A stretch of 63,865 nucleotides of DNA, the filler included, from Bipalium vagum (Eukaryota), in assembly GCA_037834085.1 (NCBI GenBank). It is 3 parts of 3 records of this genome, joined end to end, with 100 filler letters (N's around TTAATTAATTAA, not from the genome) between each part and the next. Parts side by side here need not be neighbours in the genome. Positions count along the whole stretch, not along the records: positions 47,802 to 63,865 come from JBBMKC010128891.1; 2 more parts are not named here. One strand, 5' to 3'. Within the stretch, counting starts at the first letter, position 1, and each line of letters starts with the position of its first letter. A program made the position numbers and the translations under genes. Below, in pieces: positions 53,401 through 63,865 of this stretch. The notes below the pieces were generated by a model that made no database searches, was not told where the DNA came from, and was given only the letters and a program-made list of their open reading frames with translations.

Positions 53401-56400
53401 CCTATTAATAATTTTATAAAAATTAATTGCTGTATAAAATATATATCGGGAGTCGCTCCGAGGTAGAATTATTTTCCGTAGGAAAATAAGAATTTCATTT
53501 ATATCAAGACAGTTGCCCTTCAAAATTGTCGATTTACGGTTAACGAAATTTAGATTCATTATTATTCAACTAAGATGAAAAATAAAGATTAAATTCGGAA
53601 TAGAATTCAATACTTCACAAATTATTTCAGTAACTAGGAATATCGTTAAATATTTTTATCAAGATTCTTGTAAAATTCAGAATTTTTTGAATATTGATGT
53701 TTTAAATATCATAATATGGAACTCTGAGAAAACGTTTATCCTTACATGAACAAGATTTTGATAATACGTACATATTTTTAACGTTTCATGATTCCATCTA
53801 AGATCATATATTAAAGAAATAAGCCAACGAAATATAAAAAAAATAAATATTTATCCTAGTTCATCTTAAAAACTCGGTAAATGTTACAATTAGATAACCA
53901 TTAGTAATTTTAGTAAATTATTATTATTGTTATTATTACAATTTTTTTATAAAATATGGTTGTCACAGTAAAAAGTGGCGGTTAGTTTTTATCTGTTTAG
54001 ACGTATCATTATTTTATTCTTCTATCTTCTTTGTGGTTTGTTAGTTGGAGATTAAAAAAGCTTACTGGGGATATTCTAAGTGATATTTATGTTTTATAAC
54101 TGACAAAATCATAAAATCCAACCTTGAATTAATATAAATCATTTGAATAAATATACATTAATGAATATGTTTTAATGAGGTAAACATTTGAAATAGGAAT
54201 TATAAATAAAAAATGATATTTTCAGTGAAAATTATCGTTCAATAATTTTAAATGTGGTCTTTCATTGCAACAATGTATATATTGACTTAATTCAGCATTT
54301 ATAAGTATATAAGTATTATCAAAGTGAAAAAAGCACCACTAATGGTTTGAAGAATTCCAATGTGGGCGCATAAGTCTTGAATATAAGTTTCAAGAGGATT
54401 GTGCGTCAAAAATTTATGTTTAGAAAATTTTTTCACAGGGATCTCTACGTTTATTTCATAAAATATATAGTTTATAATTTTGTTGAGAATGAATATTTAT
54501 GGTAAAAAAATAAAATGTATTTACCATTGTGGGTATTACTATATCTCCACATTCTATTAGCAGGAAAAGTGAGAATTTTTCGATGGATGAGGCAAAATAT
54601 GACTCCTGCTACCATCAAAAAGACCGAGACCGCCACAAATAAGCCTACATACATCGCAATATCATGAGTGCTTATAAGTGCACTGCCACTTTCTAAAACC
54701 AATATTAAAATATTAATATTTAGAATATAGGACTTATCATTAAAAAATATTGATGCTAGTAAAGTATTGCCTCGTTTACGACAGATTTCCAACTACTTTA
54801 AACAATTGAGAAATTCTTAAGAACCTCCAAAGATATCATCCTTATTTCTACGTTTTGCAAACAAGAATAAACAGAAAATTTTTTTCATCAAGCTCTTTTC
54901 AAAGCTTGCACTAACTTTTTTGTAATATATAACCATTTAATATAATAATTAATGTTATAACAATCTATAGAATAAATATTTTAGAAAAAATTCTTTAGTA
55001 GAAACCTTTTCAATACAGTACTATAATCTTCAAAATGAATCAAATATAGTTTAATTAGAACTAGATGAATTAAAATTTAAAATTGTGAGCTTATTCCAAC
55101 CAGTGTTGGAAATGATTTTTTTTCAATTGATATTTGCATAACGCCAGTATCCACTAACGACGATCCGCCAGATATAGGAACGTCTGATTACTCAATTTTT
55201 CTACTTTGAATTAGGATAATCATCTCCGGCCTTTTCTATAATCAACAGCATCAAATTGGCCCGGCAACCTCTGATACCATTTTACCATGATTAAATTCAT
55301 AGATCACACAGCGTCTTATGTTATCGTTAATCGGTATTCTTTCTGTAATTTCTACAGTTTTAATACATATTCTGGAAATACACTCGAAAGATATTGAGAC
55401 ATTGAACGTGAAATCTCATGAAATCTCCAAAAACCAATTGATTTTGACTTATTCAAAAAAATTATTAAATGATTGATTATGAATTATTAAAACAACAATA
55501 TTATTTATGTGTCTACATAATAATAACATGATTTTTGTTCAGACTATTAATTATTTCTATATAGATTTTAAAAGAATTTGATCTTTCTTTTACATTCTTC
55601 TAGTGCTGATAAATTCTTACAATATTGTGATATGGTTTGCTCACGAAGGATAAGGAATGATAATATTTTATAATATAAGCAATAATAAGTATATATATAA
55701 TTGAAGATGACAATAATGATTAATAGTAGAAATAAGGAAAGGCTAACCTTGGATTTGATTATTATTATTGTTGTTGTTATTATTATTGATGAATGATGCC
55801 ACGGATCCTGGAAAAACAATTTTTATAAATTCTTAAAATAACAAATCCACTAAGTTTAATGTGTCATTAAATGAAAAAAATAAATAGGCGCCATTAAAGA
55901 ACAAAAAAATTCGGTTTTCAGATAAGATAATTATTTATCGTTTGAAACAGTATTTTAATAGAAAAATAATTCGATAAAATAATCTATTTTTTCGATAATT
56001 TTCGTTTAATATATTTTTTCAATTATTCCTTCTGATAAATTGATTTTCGAAGTCACGAATAGTATGTAGAAAATATATCATCAAATATTTTTATTTCTCT
56101 AAAATTGATTTTATTTTAATGGATATTCACTGTAAAAAAACTTGGACCAAGAAGCCTGGTTAGAAATTATTTTAACTGTCAAAATTATAATTATTTATTC
56201 ATAATCTAATTATATTTATTAAAGCAATTTTATTCTTATAGAAAATTAATACATGCCGTATAATTAATCAAAAAAATTTCTGAACATATTTTTTGTTATA
56301 TTTATATAATTGTAAATAATTATAGAAATATTTCAAAGCTTGATTTCTTTTATTAAATTTTAATAAATTAAAAAATATTGTAAAAAGAAAAAAAAGTTCA

Positions 56401-59400
56401 TAATTTTTTTGATATTTTCTTTCGCTGCCCATTAAAATTAATAATGAAAATTAATTATAAATAAAAATCTTTTATTCGAAATTAATCATTCTTTTTAAAA
56501 ACTTTATTTCGTAAAAGATGACTAAGATGAAAAAAAAAACCAATGGGAATTTTTATTAATTTATGAAGGATACTTGGAAAAGTTTTTAAACATTTTCTTT
56601 AAAATCTCAAATTACCCATAACAAATTAAAAAAGAACAGATGAAAAAACCGAACCTCAGCCCTTTCCGACAGCAGAAATTGTATAACAAAATATTAAAAA
56701 AAAGCCTATCCATCATCCAATTTTGATGATTTAAAAGCCCATTCCTTACGCTTAGTTAAAGAACGGGGTATAATAAATAAAAAAATTTTCAAAATGAATT
56801 TCGAAAGAAAACGAATGATTTATTCTTCCACATAACAATACGAAAAATTCTGCAGGAAAGAAATTTGCTAATGGCTCACAAATGAAAAGACAAAAAATTA
56901 TTGAAAAAAAATCGCAATATTTTCTTATGTATACATTACATAAAGGAAAATCCTTTTTAATTGATGCATTTCCTTTCTTCAGTACCAATGACTCACTTTA
57001 GTTCTGGAACAAAAGAAAAATCATATGGCATTACATGGAATGGGAGAAGGAAATAGAAACGCCTTAGATAAATGCAACCTGGTTGGACTGAAGGAACAGA
57101 TGAGCCGTTCTGACACAAATTAAATTACGTTAATGATGGATAATTGAATGTTGTCAGAAACAATCGGGCAAATATTGCAACGCTCGGAATTCCATTGACA
57201 GATTATAGCGATTAGAAAATGAAGATGGCAATGTCGACGAAAGGAGAAAGGAAAATGAGTCAGTTCGGGAATTGAATTAATACATTCAGTGGGGTTGCCT
57301 GGTGGGTGTGGAAAAATGGGCGAAATGTTATCGATCAAAATTATTAGGAAGCAATGTTTCAAATCCATTCCGAATGAAATTTCCGGATACTATATCATCT
57401 TCAACAGATGGAGAACGATTCTCTTGCTTGTAATTTACGATCCTCATGAATCGTAAAATACCATTATGGAAATCATACGGGAAACCAGTGAGATCAGCAT
57501 TAAGTAAATTACGACATAACCTTATTTACATGACATCAAATAAAGTTATCTGTAATTAAAATTTATAAAATTATTAAATTTCAGTTGAAAATTAAAGGAA
57601 TTTTGTTGTTCAGATTAATATATAAAAACTTAATAAATATATAAATAAAATATAATAATATTTCTGTCAAAACGAATATTTAAAATAAATAAAAATTATC
57701 GTAATTAAAATAATTTAAAATCCTAAATAAAACTAAAATTTGTTTAAATATTTTCAATTATTAATTACTTTAATTGTTTTCAAATTATTTTTAATCAAAA
57801 AACTGATTCAGCCAACAAAAAATGAATAGAAATTAATCAATGAACAATTTTGTGTATTTAAAAATTTATTTATTGGACCAAATTGAAATAATTACATAAA
57901 TTATTGTACAAAATATTAAATATAAATTATAATAATTTTTATATAAAAAACTGAGAAAAGCAAAGAAAATTAAATTTTTATTTCAGTCGAGCAATTTCGT
58001 AAAAATTAAGATTTCATTTATTTCTCAGAACCAATTTTATTAATTAATTTTATTTCGCACATTGAATCGGAACAGTTTTTATATATCATATAATTTTTTT
58101 GTTTTTTATTTACATGAAATTTAAATAAAAAGGCACAGTTAAAATATAAAGTTCATAAAATACTATTCAATTTTAATGTGTAATATAGTAATTATGAGAA
58201 AACCGTTTTTACGTTATTTTTATTGGCTTAAATAAGAAAAGTATTGGAATTCAAATCATTTAAAGCATAAGAAATATATTTGTTTTAATACTCAAACTAG
58301 CGCGCTCATTTTAAGTACGTTATTCTTTAAAAAAAAATTCTTACGAGTTGAAATCATAAAAAAAACATGAAAAACAATAATAAATATTTTGATTGCTTGA
58401 TGTTATTCATTTTCTTAAAGAAAAAGTACGACGCAGAACAAAAAGAGAATTTTTGACGTGTATGATGAAAGTGCAATAAATAAACGCCTATGTCAGAACT
58501 AGTTTAAAAAGTTCCTGTTGTGTCACCATCTGTGAAGATGGTAAACACTCAGAGAAACTATTTTTGACAGTGTGAACATATCAAAGGTTTGATTAAGGAA
58601 AACAAATTTTAAACGAGTGATATTACGGGTAATATTAATGTATCTAAAAGTCTTTCAAATCATTTTCAAATCTCTGCAATTTTTGGGTGTCACACAATTT
58701 CAATGAAAAAAAATTATTTCATCCAATATCATTATGCAACTAATTGCTTAAGAAAAATCAGGAAAATCCATTTTTCAAAAGAATTATTACGGGTGACGAA
58801 AAATGGATTTTAAATAATGTCCAGAGCAAAAGATCTTGAGGAAAACATGGTGAACAGGAACAAACTGCAGCAGTGAAGAAATTTCACAGAAAAATGTATT
58901 ACTGTGCATTTTGTGGGTTTGGAAAGGAATCATATATTATGCGTTGATTAAGCAAAATTAAATAATCGATTCTAGTAAGTATTGTACCCTACTCGATAAT
59001 TCGAAGGAGCAAGAAATATTATGTCATGATCAATAAGTTAACGCGAGACCACATGTTTCTTAACAGACCAGTTTCCTATTTCAATTTAGCTAGGATGTTT
59101 TTCCCCACCCAGCTTACTCACCAGACCTGGTACTATCAGATTTTTATCTATTCCAATCCTTTACAGAATTCACTGTATGGAAAAAATTTATTTCTTAAAA
59201 ATACGAAAAATTATTTATTTCACACAAAAATTGACACTCAAAATATTTTTTACTTTATATCAATAGTATAAAAATAATTTTCTAAAAACTGATTTAATTT
59301 ATTGAGAAAGTATTTTTCGGTATTAGAAATTCAATATTTCTATTATAAAAAAATATATATTATGTAATCCAGTTTGGAAAGCACTGAAAATTAAAATCTG

Positions 59401-62400
59401 AAACCATTGTTTAAAAATATCACAAAAAAACAAAAATAAAGTTCAGAAAAAGACAATTATTTTTTTTAATTCGTCAATGTTTTGCAAAAATAATTTTAAA
59501 TCATAAAAATATTATCAATAAATTGCAAGTGATATAAAAATTATTAATTAATCAATATTACAGTTATCTATTCGACGTTTTCCTAAATGTCAGTGTAAAT
59601 GAAACGTAATAGCTTAAATTATTTGATTAATTAACAAATAATTTAATTAAAAAATCATGATATTGCTCTCAATAAATCTCAGGTTCTTCTGTTAAATATA
59701 AATAATCATTTTTTAATGCAGGCATAATTAGATTTCATTTCTAAATTATTTTTTTTCACATGAATTATGCATAAATTGGGAATGGATTCCATGGAATTAA
59801 TAAGTAACAAATTGATTGATATTTAATTAATAGAAAGAAAACGAAATATCAAGACCGACCTCCACACTCGGTTATTGTACAGTTGATGGTTTCGATGAAA
59901 TTTGATTCTTTACACATGTTGTTGGTTGGGCATTTTCGAGTTCTTTCCTTTGTACATGGATTTCCTGAACATTTACTCCATTCAGACCAGCTCGTCGACG
60001 CATCTTCAATAGAAAAAAGATTTATGAAAAGAATAATTATAAAATTATAAATTTATACAATTTGATTAGAAAAAACTGATTTTTTTGCAGCATATGAAGA
60101 TTTGTTTCACATTCGAGCCAAGGTACTTCAACATTTTATAAAAAATAATTTTAGATAGTTTTAGTTAAGGATAACTAAAGAAGATTCTTTTATTAGAAGG
60201 TGAGAAAGGTATAATTCATAAGATTTAACTTATCTTACAAATGTTATAGGTATATTTCTGAATTCGAAGATTAAATTTAAGTATAATGAAAGATCAAATA
60301 GTATATGAGGACATGTTTAGTTCAAAAGAAGCTGCGATGTAAAAAGAAAATCCAATCACAGATTTCGATGAGTTCTTTAGAATAGTTTAATTCAAGAAAT
60401 TAAGCATGGGGAATTAAACTTTTTTCAAAAATTATTCTTATTTTAAATTAAAATTGATTGGATTTTAATTAAAGATGATTCTTAATAATAATAATAATAA
60501 TAAATTATATATCTTCATTGTTATTTAATTTTTCTTTCTATAAATTATATCAAATGATTAAAATTAATTTTTTTAATATAAATGTAAAAATTCCATAAAA
60601 GTCATTTAGATAAATGCCCCACGAAGCAGAATATAATTGTTCAAAAGTTATACCGCTACTATCAGAATGCTGTCATCTACTATGAACGACTGAAACCATC
60701 AGTAACTATACCTGATGAACTGTATCGATTACAATTTATTCGTTTGAAGCGAGATCTCGTCGAGAAAATATCCGAATAAGAGAATATAGATGCAAAAGTA
60801 ATTTTGGAATTGATCATACTAAGTTATTTTTTCAGTCAGTGGTTAAGAAATACTTAGAAGATGCCCACTGGAAAGCCTTACATACCTACTGTATTCTCAT
60901 GATATCAGTCTTTGGAATTATTATTTGTTCTATTCGGAAGAGCCATTTAATTCTATTGAAGATCTTCGAAATCAAACAAGCAAATTGTTTCCAAAAACCC
61001 AGTGGACTACTTTCACTGAATTTATTTGTTAGCTGAACGATTACCTAAGATCACTCCAACCAATGAAACATACATCGAATAGATATTTTATGAAAAAACT
61101 TAACGGGTTTTACTCAAAAAAGGCTGAAATATATTCGTACGCTTAATATGTTTTTATTTCATGTTATCTTATCCCCTTTGTTCTATATTTAGGTTTGAAT
61201 TTTTAATTGAATATTTTTATTTTTGAATTAATTTTATATTTATTGTTAAAAACGATGTTTTGTTATATTAATAATATTATAATAATTATAATATATATAT
61301 CTCCTTTTATCTATATTTAAGTTTGATTTATTAATTGAATGTTTTTAAAATATAATATTTATTGTGAAAAACGATGTTTCGTTATATTAATAATATAATT
61401 TTTTAATTACTGTTTTTGTTTTTAACTTTCAGCAAGGTAATCTTAAAATTCAATTAATTTTAGGTTATATTGATTTAATTTAATCCAACTGCTTAATAGT
61501 ATAAAAATAATATAAAATCCATTTAATTAAAAAAACCCACAGATCTCTCATCGAATAATATTTACCGTAAAATTTAATTATATTTGAAAGTCAACCATAT
61601 AAAAGTTCTTTATAGATTTTTAGTAATGAATTTTAGGCTGGTATAAAGAAAATAATAAAATAAATAATTTTTCATGGGAAATGTAGAAAAAAATATTTAT
61701 ATGTTAATTTCAAAATATCTCTTCAATAAAAAATTGGTGTTGAAAGAAAAAATGCCTTTCATCTCAGTATGAGAAATTTCTTAAAAATATTTAATTTTTA
61801 ATGAAAAAATATTTATGGAAAATATTTTTAATGTTTGTCTTGTCCTTGAACGAAATAAGGAGATAAAAACCTTGTAAGAGGAATATTTATTTTGGTGAAA
61901 ATTATGTTTACCTAATAGTTTATTTTTAAGAAAAAGCAAAAGCTAAAAACGAAATTTTATTAATTTTAGATAAAAAAAAGAAGAAAATCTCTTCAAATAA
62001 ATCAATTTATAATAATTTTTTACCTATGAAAAAAAAACAAATTGAACAGACCAACAATTTATATTATTATAATTATTCAGGGGAATTTTTCTTATTTAAA
62101 TAAAAAATTTTATTGCTGGAATATGTTATCACAAAAGCATCCTGGAAAAGGCTAAGAATTATCATTGAAATTATTTACTGGTGTTTTTTAATCCATAATT
62201 AAATGTAAAATATTTTTCAATAAAAGTAGATCTCCACAAATAAAAGTATAATATTTCCCAGTGAAAAAGAAAGGTAAATTAATTTTTTAACGTAACAGAA
62301 TTATAATGATTAATACCAACCAATAACTGTGATCTTGGCTGTGGCATATCTTTCAATTCCAAAACTTGTAGCCACACAGGAATAATTTCCGGAATCACTG

Positions 62401-62498
62401 ATCCTTGAATTTGATAAAAGCAATTCCCCATAATCATTGATTTCTATTTGAGGATGTGTTTTGCTGGTTATTTTCTCACCGTTTTTCAACCAATAAAT
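22744..62498 (-). CDS. unc5: UNC5-like netrin receptor, partial; exons 62498-62321 (Ig), 60003-59860 (TSP1), 55807-55748, 54692-54525 (TM), 51381-51144, 23078-22744; 5' end lies beyond the window
   Basis: IYWLKNG...SDSGNYSCVA Ig, WSEWSKC..RTRKC TSP1, DIAMYVGLFVAVSVFL TM typical of UNC5; all exons GT-AG with compatible phases (1,1,1,1,2); link to the 23078 exon crosses two gaps. Confidence 0.8.
23330..24080 (-). mobile_element. Penelope-like retroelement RT fragment
   Basis: VAKGSSMEPTLSSIFMNYLE, YKRYVD and LHEKIKFKMEKEKDEKLPFPDLII match PLE RT motifs (GSPLSP.LANIFM, RYVDD, KFT.E.E...LPFLD). Confidence 0.8.
24085..24900 (+). mobile_element. Decayed mariner fragments
   Basis: KTINSDYYVNLLDQ, KKIMIPV.WTWAG and ILLQDNAKPH motifs. 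Confidence 0.75.
25050..25960 (+). mobile_element. Decayed hAT (Charlie/GTF2IRD2-like) transposase
   Basis: LKGYNLKRH and EFI.NCMLKIFDIVCPGK motifs. Confidence 0.7.
26176..26616. mobile_element. Tc1-like termini flanking an assembly gap
   Basis: Left TA-CACTATCGTCCATAAGTTT..CACC; right GGTGGCCCAAAACATATGGACGGCATTA-TA, same TIR family as 8301. Confidence 0.6.
26247..26346. other. Assembly gap with artificial TTAATTAATTAA spacer
   Basis: N44-TTAATTAATTAA-N44, identical to the gap at 47702. Confidence 0.98.
26690..29970 (-). mobile_element. Decayed NeSL/R5-type (R2 group) non-LTR retrotransposon: Ulp1-like protease, RT, CCHC finger, restriction-like endonuclease
   Basis: PIHWNVEHW..LLDPM..Q..DDCG protease; WRHLAIMDTSYRIY, DIAHAFGSIPH, LAYTDDLV RT; CRLC...ESQAHVLNH, KHNNV, RPNLIV, LKIPYD, K..KYE, LGSWDPEN. 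Confidence 0.92.
30159..30437. repeat. GC-rich interspersed repeat (LTR-like), copy 2
   Basis: Homologous to 19430-19760; minus strand has TATATAAA followed by GC hairpins. Confidence 0.75.
30480..30900 (-). pseudogene. Polinton integrase, 5' half (copy 2)
   Basis: AVPLKNKTGKSVTDAF and .VDKGTELYNK; collinear with ~34870-35200. Confidence 0.8.
30900..31330 (-). pseudogene. Parvovirus-type phospholipase A2-like (PLA2X) ORF
   Basis: GQGSHIDKRL, RVDQAAMKHD and HIADVEMIHEM resemble the GPG/D.AA..HD/AD viral PLA2 pattern. Confidence 0.75.
31330..32450 (-). pseudogene. Fibre-like structural protein remnant
   Basis: FLNVTGDSMKGILNMNNNKIINVPEP resembles the GD.M.G.L.M...I repeat of viral fibre proteins; heavily disrupted. 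Confidence 0.5.
32470..32976 (-). pseudogene. Adenain-like cysteine protease of Polinton
   Basis: LIINY, IHLVG, FYFDSYGLPP and FQ...YCGQ give the H/D/Q/C pattern. Confidence 0.8.
32973..33326 (-). CDS. Hypothetical Polinton ORF (117 aa)
   Basis: Open frame overlapping both neighbours' start/stop; GGVYYDPYFGNG and GLYFEPY internal motifs. Confidence 0.45.
   Translation of the reverse strand: MEIEKLKPSEAPNTKSVPKTNETVGAVLFGTATLSSRGGVYYDPYFGNGITDTILNSSEYKSLQQSERKKLKELLGKMCKNKIKIIQQRNGLYFEPYEKNNQNFPKSKSFRKFFYKK
33317..33700 (-). pseudogene. Glycine-rich hydrophobic Polinton/Adintovirus virion-type protein
   Basis: HNGGVLPLITILGDIFADLGAAGGVALGVA resembles the GGFLP motif of Polinton/adenovirus core or membrane-active proteins. 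Confidence 0.65.
34320..35200 (-). pseudogene. Polinton retroviral-like integrase (copy 1)
   Basis: LWVDKGTEFYNK, ERFNRT, FYNNKIH, IGMTPLEV, KPKFNIGDRIRI, KGYTTKWTEEIF, EILGRF. Confidence 0.9.
36278..36937. mobile_element. Non-autonomous MULE-like DNA transposon (660 bp)
   Basis: ~30-bp TIRs G.TAATCCT.CATTTTAGGTCCCTAATTT; flanks GATTTTTG / GATTTTATG resemble a 9-bp TSD. Confidence 0.7.
37230..37900 (-). mobile_element. Decayed mariner
   Basis: ITGDEK, PKAELHPRKILL, PSYSSDFDPSDYHLF. Confidence 0.8.
38000..39000 (-). mobile_element. Decayed mariner with 3' TIR at ~38002-38035
   Basis: HLPYSPVFAPSDFF and RWKKCLEAEGGYIEN* motifs. Confidence 0.8.
39050..39540 (-). mobile_element. Tc1-like transposase fragment
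   Basis: VTFSDDCSF...YVRRRIGKRHNENC. Confidence 0.6.
44150..47701 (-). other. Unclassified GC-elevated segment with broken low-complexity ORFs, probably retroelement-derived
   Basis: Consecutive minus-strand P/Q/T/K-rich frames (RTYAQVAA, PRPLLPTP, KVTFAE), strand-biased composition, polypurine run at ~47519-47533; no catalytic motif recognised. Confidence 0.4.
47702..47801. other. Assembly gap with artificial spacer
   Basis: N44-TTAATTAATTAA-N44. Confidence 0.98.
48270..48900 (-). mobile_element. Decayed hAT (Charlie-like) element
   Basis: Terminus CATGGGTGTCCAAACT; KEYNFRRH and ISEISLSYLTISRRI motifs. Confidence 0.65.
50351..50427. repeat. (ATT)n microsatellite
   Basis: Direct reading; similar tracts at ~47443-47512 and ~47819-47863. 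Confidence 0.97.
52280..52985 (+). mobile_element. Internally deleted mariner with both TIRs
   Basis: TIRs TTAGATTGTCCAGTATAAAACGTCTTATTT / AAATACGACATTTCATATTGGACGACGTAA, TA flanks; LYEFKL...A.NIN, PHPSYFPDLSPTDYHMF. Confidence 0.9.
55100..55522 (-). mobile_element. Mariner 5' fragment
   Basis: IRRCVIYEFNHGK-like N-terminus and a TIR-like end near 55500-55522. Confidence 0.5.
58290..59230 (+). mobile_element. Decayed mariner
   Basis: PFFKRIITGDEKWI, LLCILW.WKGIIYY, HPAYSPDL..SDFYLFQSLQNSL. Confidence 0.85.
60600..61150 (+). mobile_element. Mariner 3' fragment
   Basis: VIYYERLKPSVTI..ELYRLQFIRLK and VKKYLEDAHW motifs. Confidence 0.7.
61182..61398. repeat. Imperfect ~130-bp tandem duplication
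   Basis: TCTATATTTA.GTTTGA...TTTATTGT.AAAACGATGTTT.GTTATATTAATAATAT occurs twice. Confidence 0.75.
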
Positions 62499-62699
62499 CT
62501 ATTTAAAATTAAGTCAATAATTCAATTTTCAGTTCCATAACATTTTTATTGCATTAAAATGATTGAAAATTTCGAGTTTTCAAATAAATTCAATAAAATC
62601 TTTTGCTCAGATATAACGTAGTATCAAACAATAACGTTCTGTTTTATTAATTTCATTTACTTAAATAAATAACCTTTTAGATTCTCATGAAAATAATTA

Positions 62700-63260
62700 T
62701 AGTTTTTAACCGACAAATGTATTATTAAAAATCTCAAAAGACAAGAAATAGGATCCATGACAGGAAACACATTTCTGCCTATGTAAAATGAGTTTATCTA
62801 TGAAGTCCAGTCTTTTGAAACCGATAATAGTACAGAAAGCATTCTGAACAGGACTAGTTTTATGAAAGATTTTTTCTTGCAGGAAGTTAAAAAGATGATA
62901 CAAAAATGATAGTAAGTAGGTGATAGATCCAGTGAGTATGTTAGTTGAGGCATACTTTCTTATCCAAAATCATTCAATTTCTATAGGGATTGTTTCGCAA
63001 AGTGTGGCCGGACATTGTCGTGAATAATTATATTTATCCAATAATTATTGCATATTGACTAAAGCACAAAGATAGCAATTTCCGGTATATCTTGCCGAAT
63101 TTTTGATATCTTTCTAAGCTTATACTCTCTTTAATTTAAGAAACTTTAGTCAATCAGACCGACAATGCATCCCGTTACCACGGTCTTCTTTTGGAGCGAT
63201 CTCGGATTTGGAAATTTATGTTGAGTTTCGCCAATGTCCATGATCGAAATATATAAGATC
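62700..63260 (-). mobile_element. Decayed mariner 3' half
   Basis: IIIHDNVRPH and TYSLDLSPTYYHF motifs. Confidence 0.8.
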
Positions 63261-63769
63261 GATAATTTTGTTTCAATTATGTACCGAATATATTCTAATA
63301 TTAATATGAAAAAGTATAATTCCTTTAAAAATGATTAGTGATATCATTTTCTTAGTTTTTAATTAATGATGTGAAATGAGAGTGATCTGAGAGTTCTAGA
63401 TCATTTGTATAAAAGCATTTTGAACAATATTTCTGCAATTTTAGCTAATTTCAAAAGATGTTAAACGATAAAAAAGAAATTCTAATTAATCTTTTAAATT
63501 CCAAATGGAACCGAAGAATTCCAAAAATTAAATATTTAAATATTTTCTTTTTATTTTATTTAGATATATTAAAAGATAACTGTAGATTGTATTTGTTATG
63601 ATAAAAAATTTACATTCATTTACGAAATCATTATTTTTCCTTTTTATTGGGAAAAGAAAAATAATATAATTATTTTTTCGTAGATAATTTTAATTGAATC
63701 ATAAAAAAGATATAAAATTTGGTAAAAATTAATAATATTATTAATAATCAATGATAGTAATAGCAATAA

Positions 63770-63788
63770 TCTATAATAATAATAATGT

Positions 63789-63865
<77 letters not shown>
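63770..63865. repeat. (AAT)n microsatellite
   Basis: Direct reading. Confidence 0.97.

Noticed and set aside
1-63865. Many short I/F/L/K/N-rich ORFs in the track; CRISPR arrays or prokaryotic operons
   Set aside because: The ORFs are expected by chance in AT-rich DNA or are antisense shadows; no regular repeat-spacer array seen, and the sequence is intron-containing eukaryotic DNA

Overview
This is very AT-rich eukaryotic DNA with ~50-nt GT-AG introns, (AAT)n microsatellites and dense decayed transposons, which fits a freshwater planarian or similar invertebrate (inference). Host genes, all on the minus strand, are an intronless MMAB-type cob(I)alamin adenosyltransferase, a 5-exon Elongin A, a candidate small 2-exon gene, and a large UNC5-like receptor gene. 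The UNC5-like exons (Ig, TSP1, TM, cytoplasmic) join in phase from 62498 to 22744 across a ~28-kb intron. That intron holds a NeSL/R2-group non-LTR retrotransposon with a Ulp1-like protease, a Penelope-like RT fragment, and a Polinton/Adintovirus-like endogenous virus remnant. The remnant has two PLA2-integrase modules, an adenain-like protease, fibre-like and glycine-rich structural ORFs, and GC mini-hairpin clusters lying in frame inside its genes. The rest is Tc1/mariner, DD41D, hAT, MULE-like and LTR-like debris, plus two scaffolding gaps. All calls come from manual motif reading; no searches were run.
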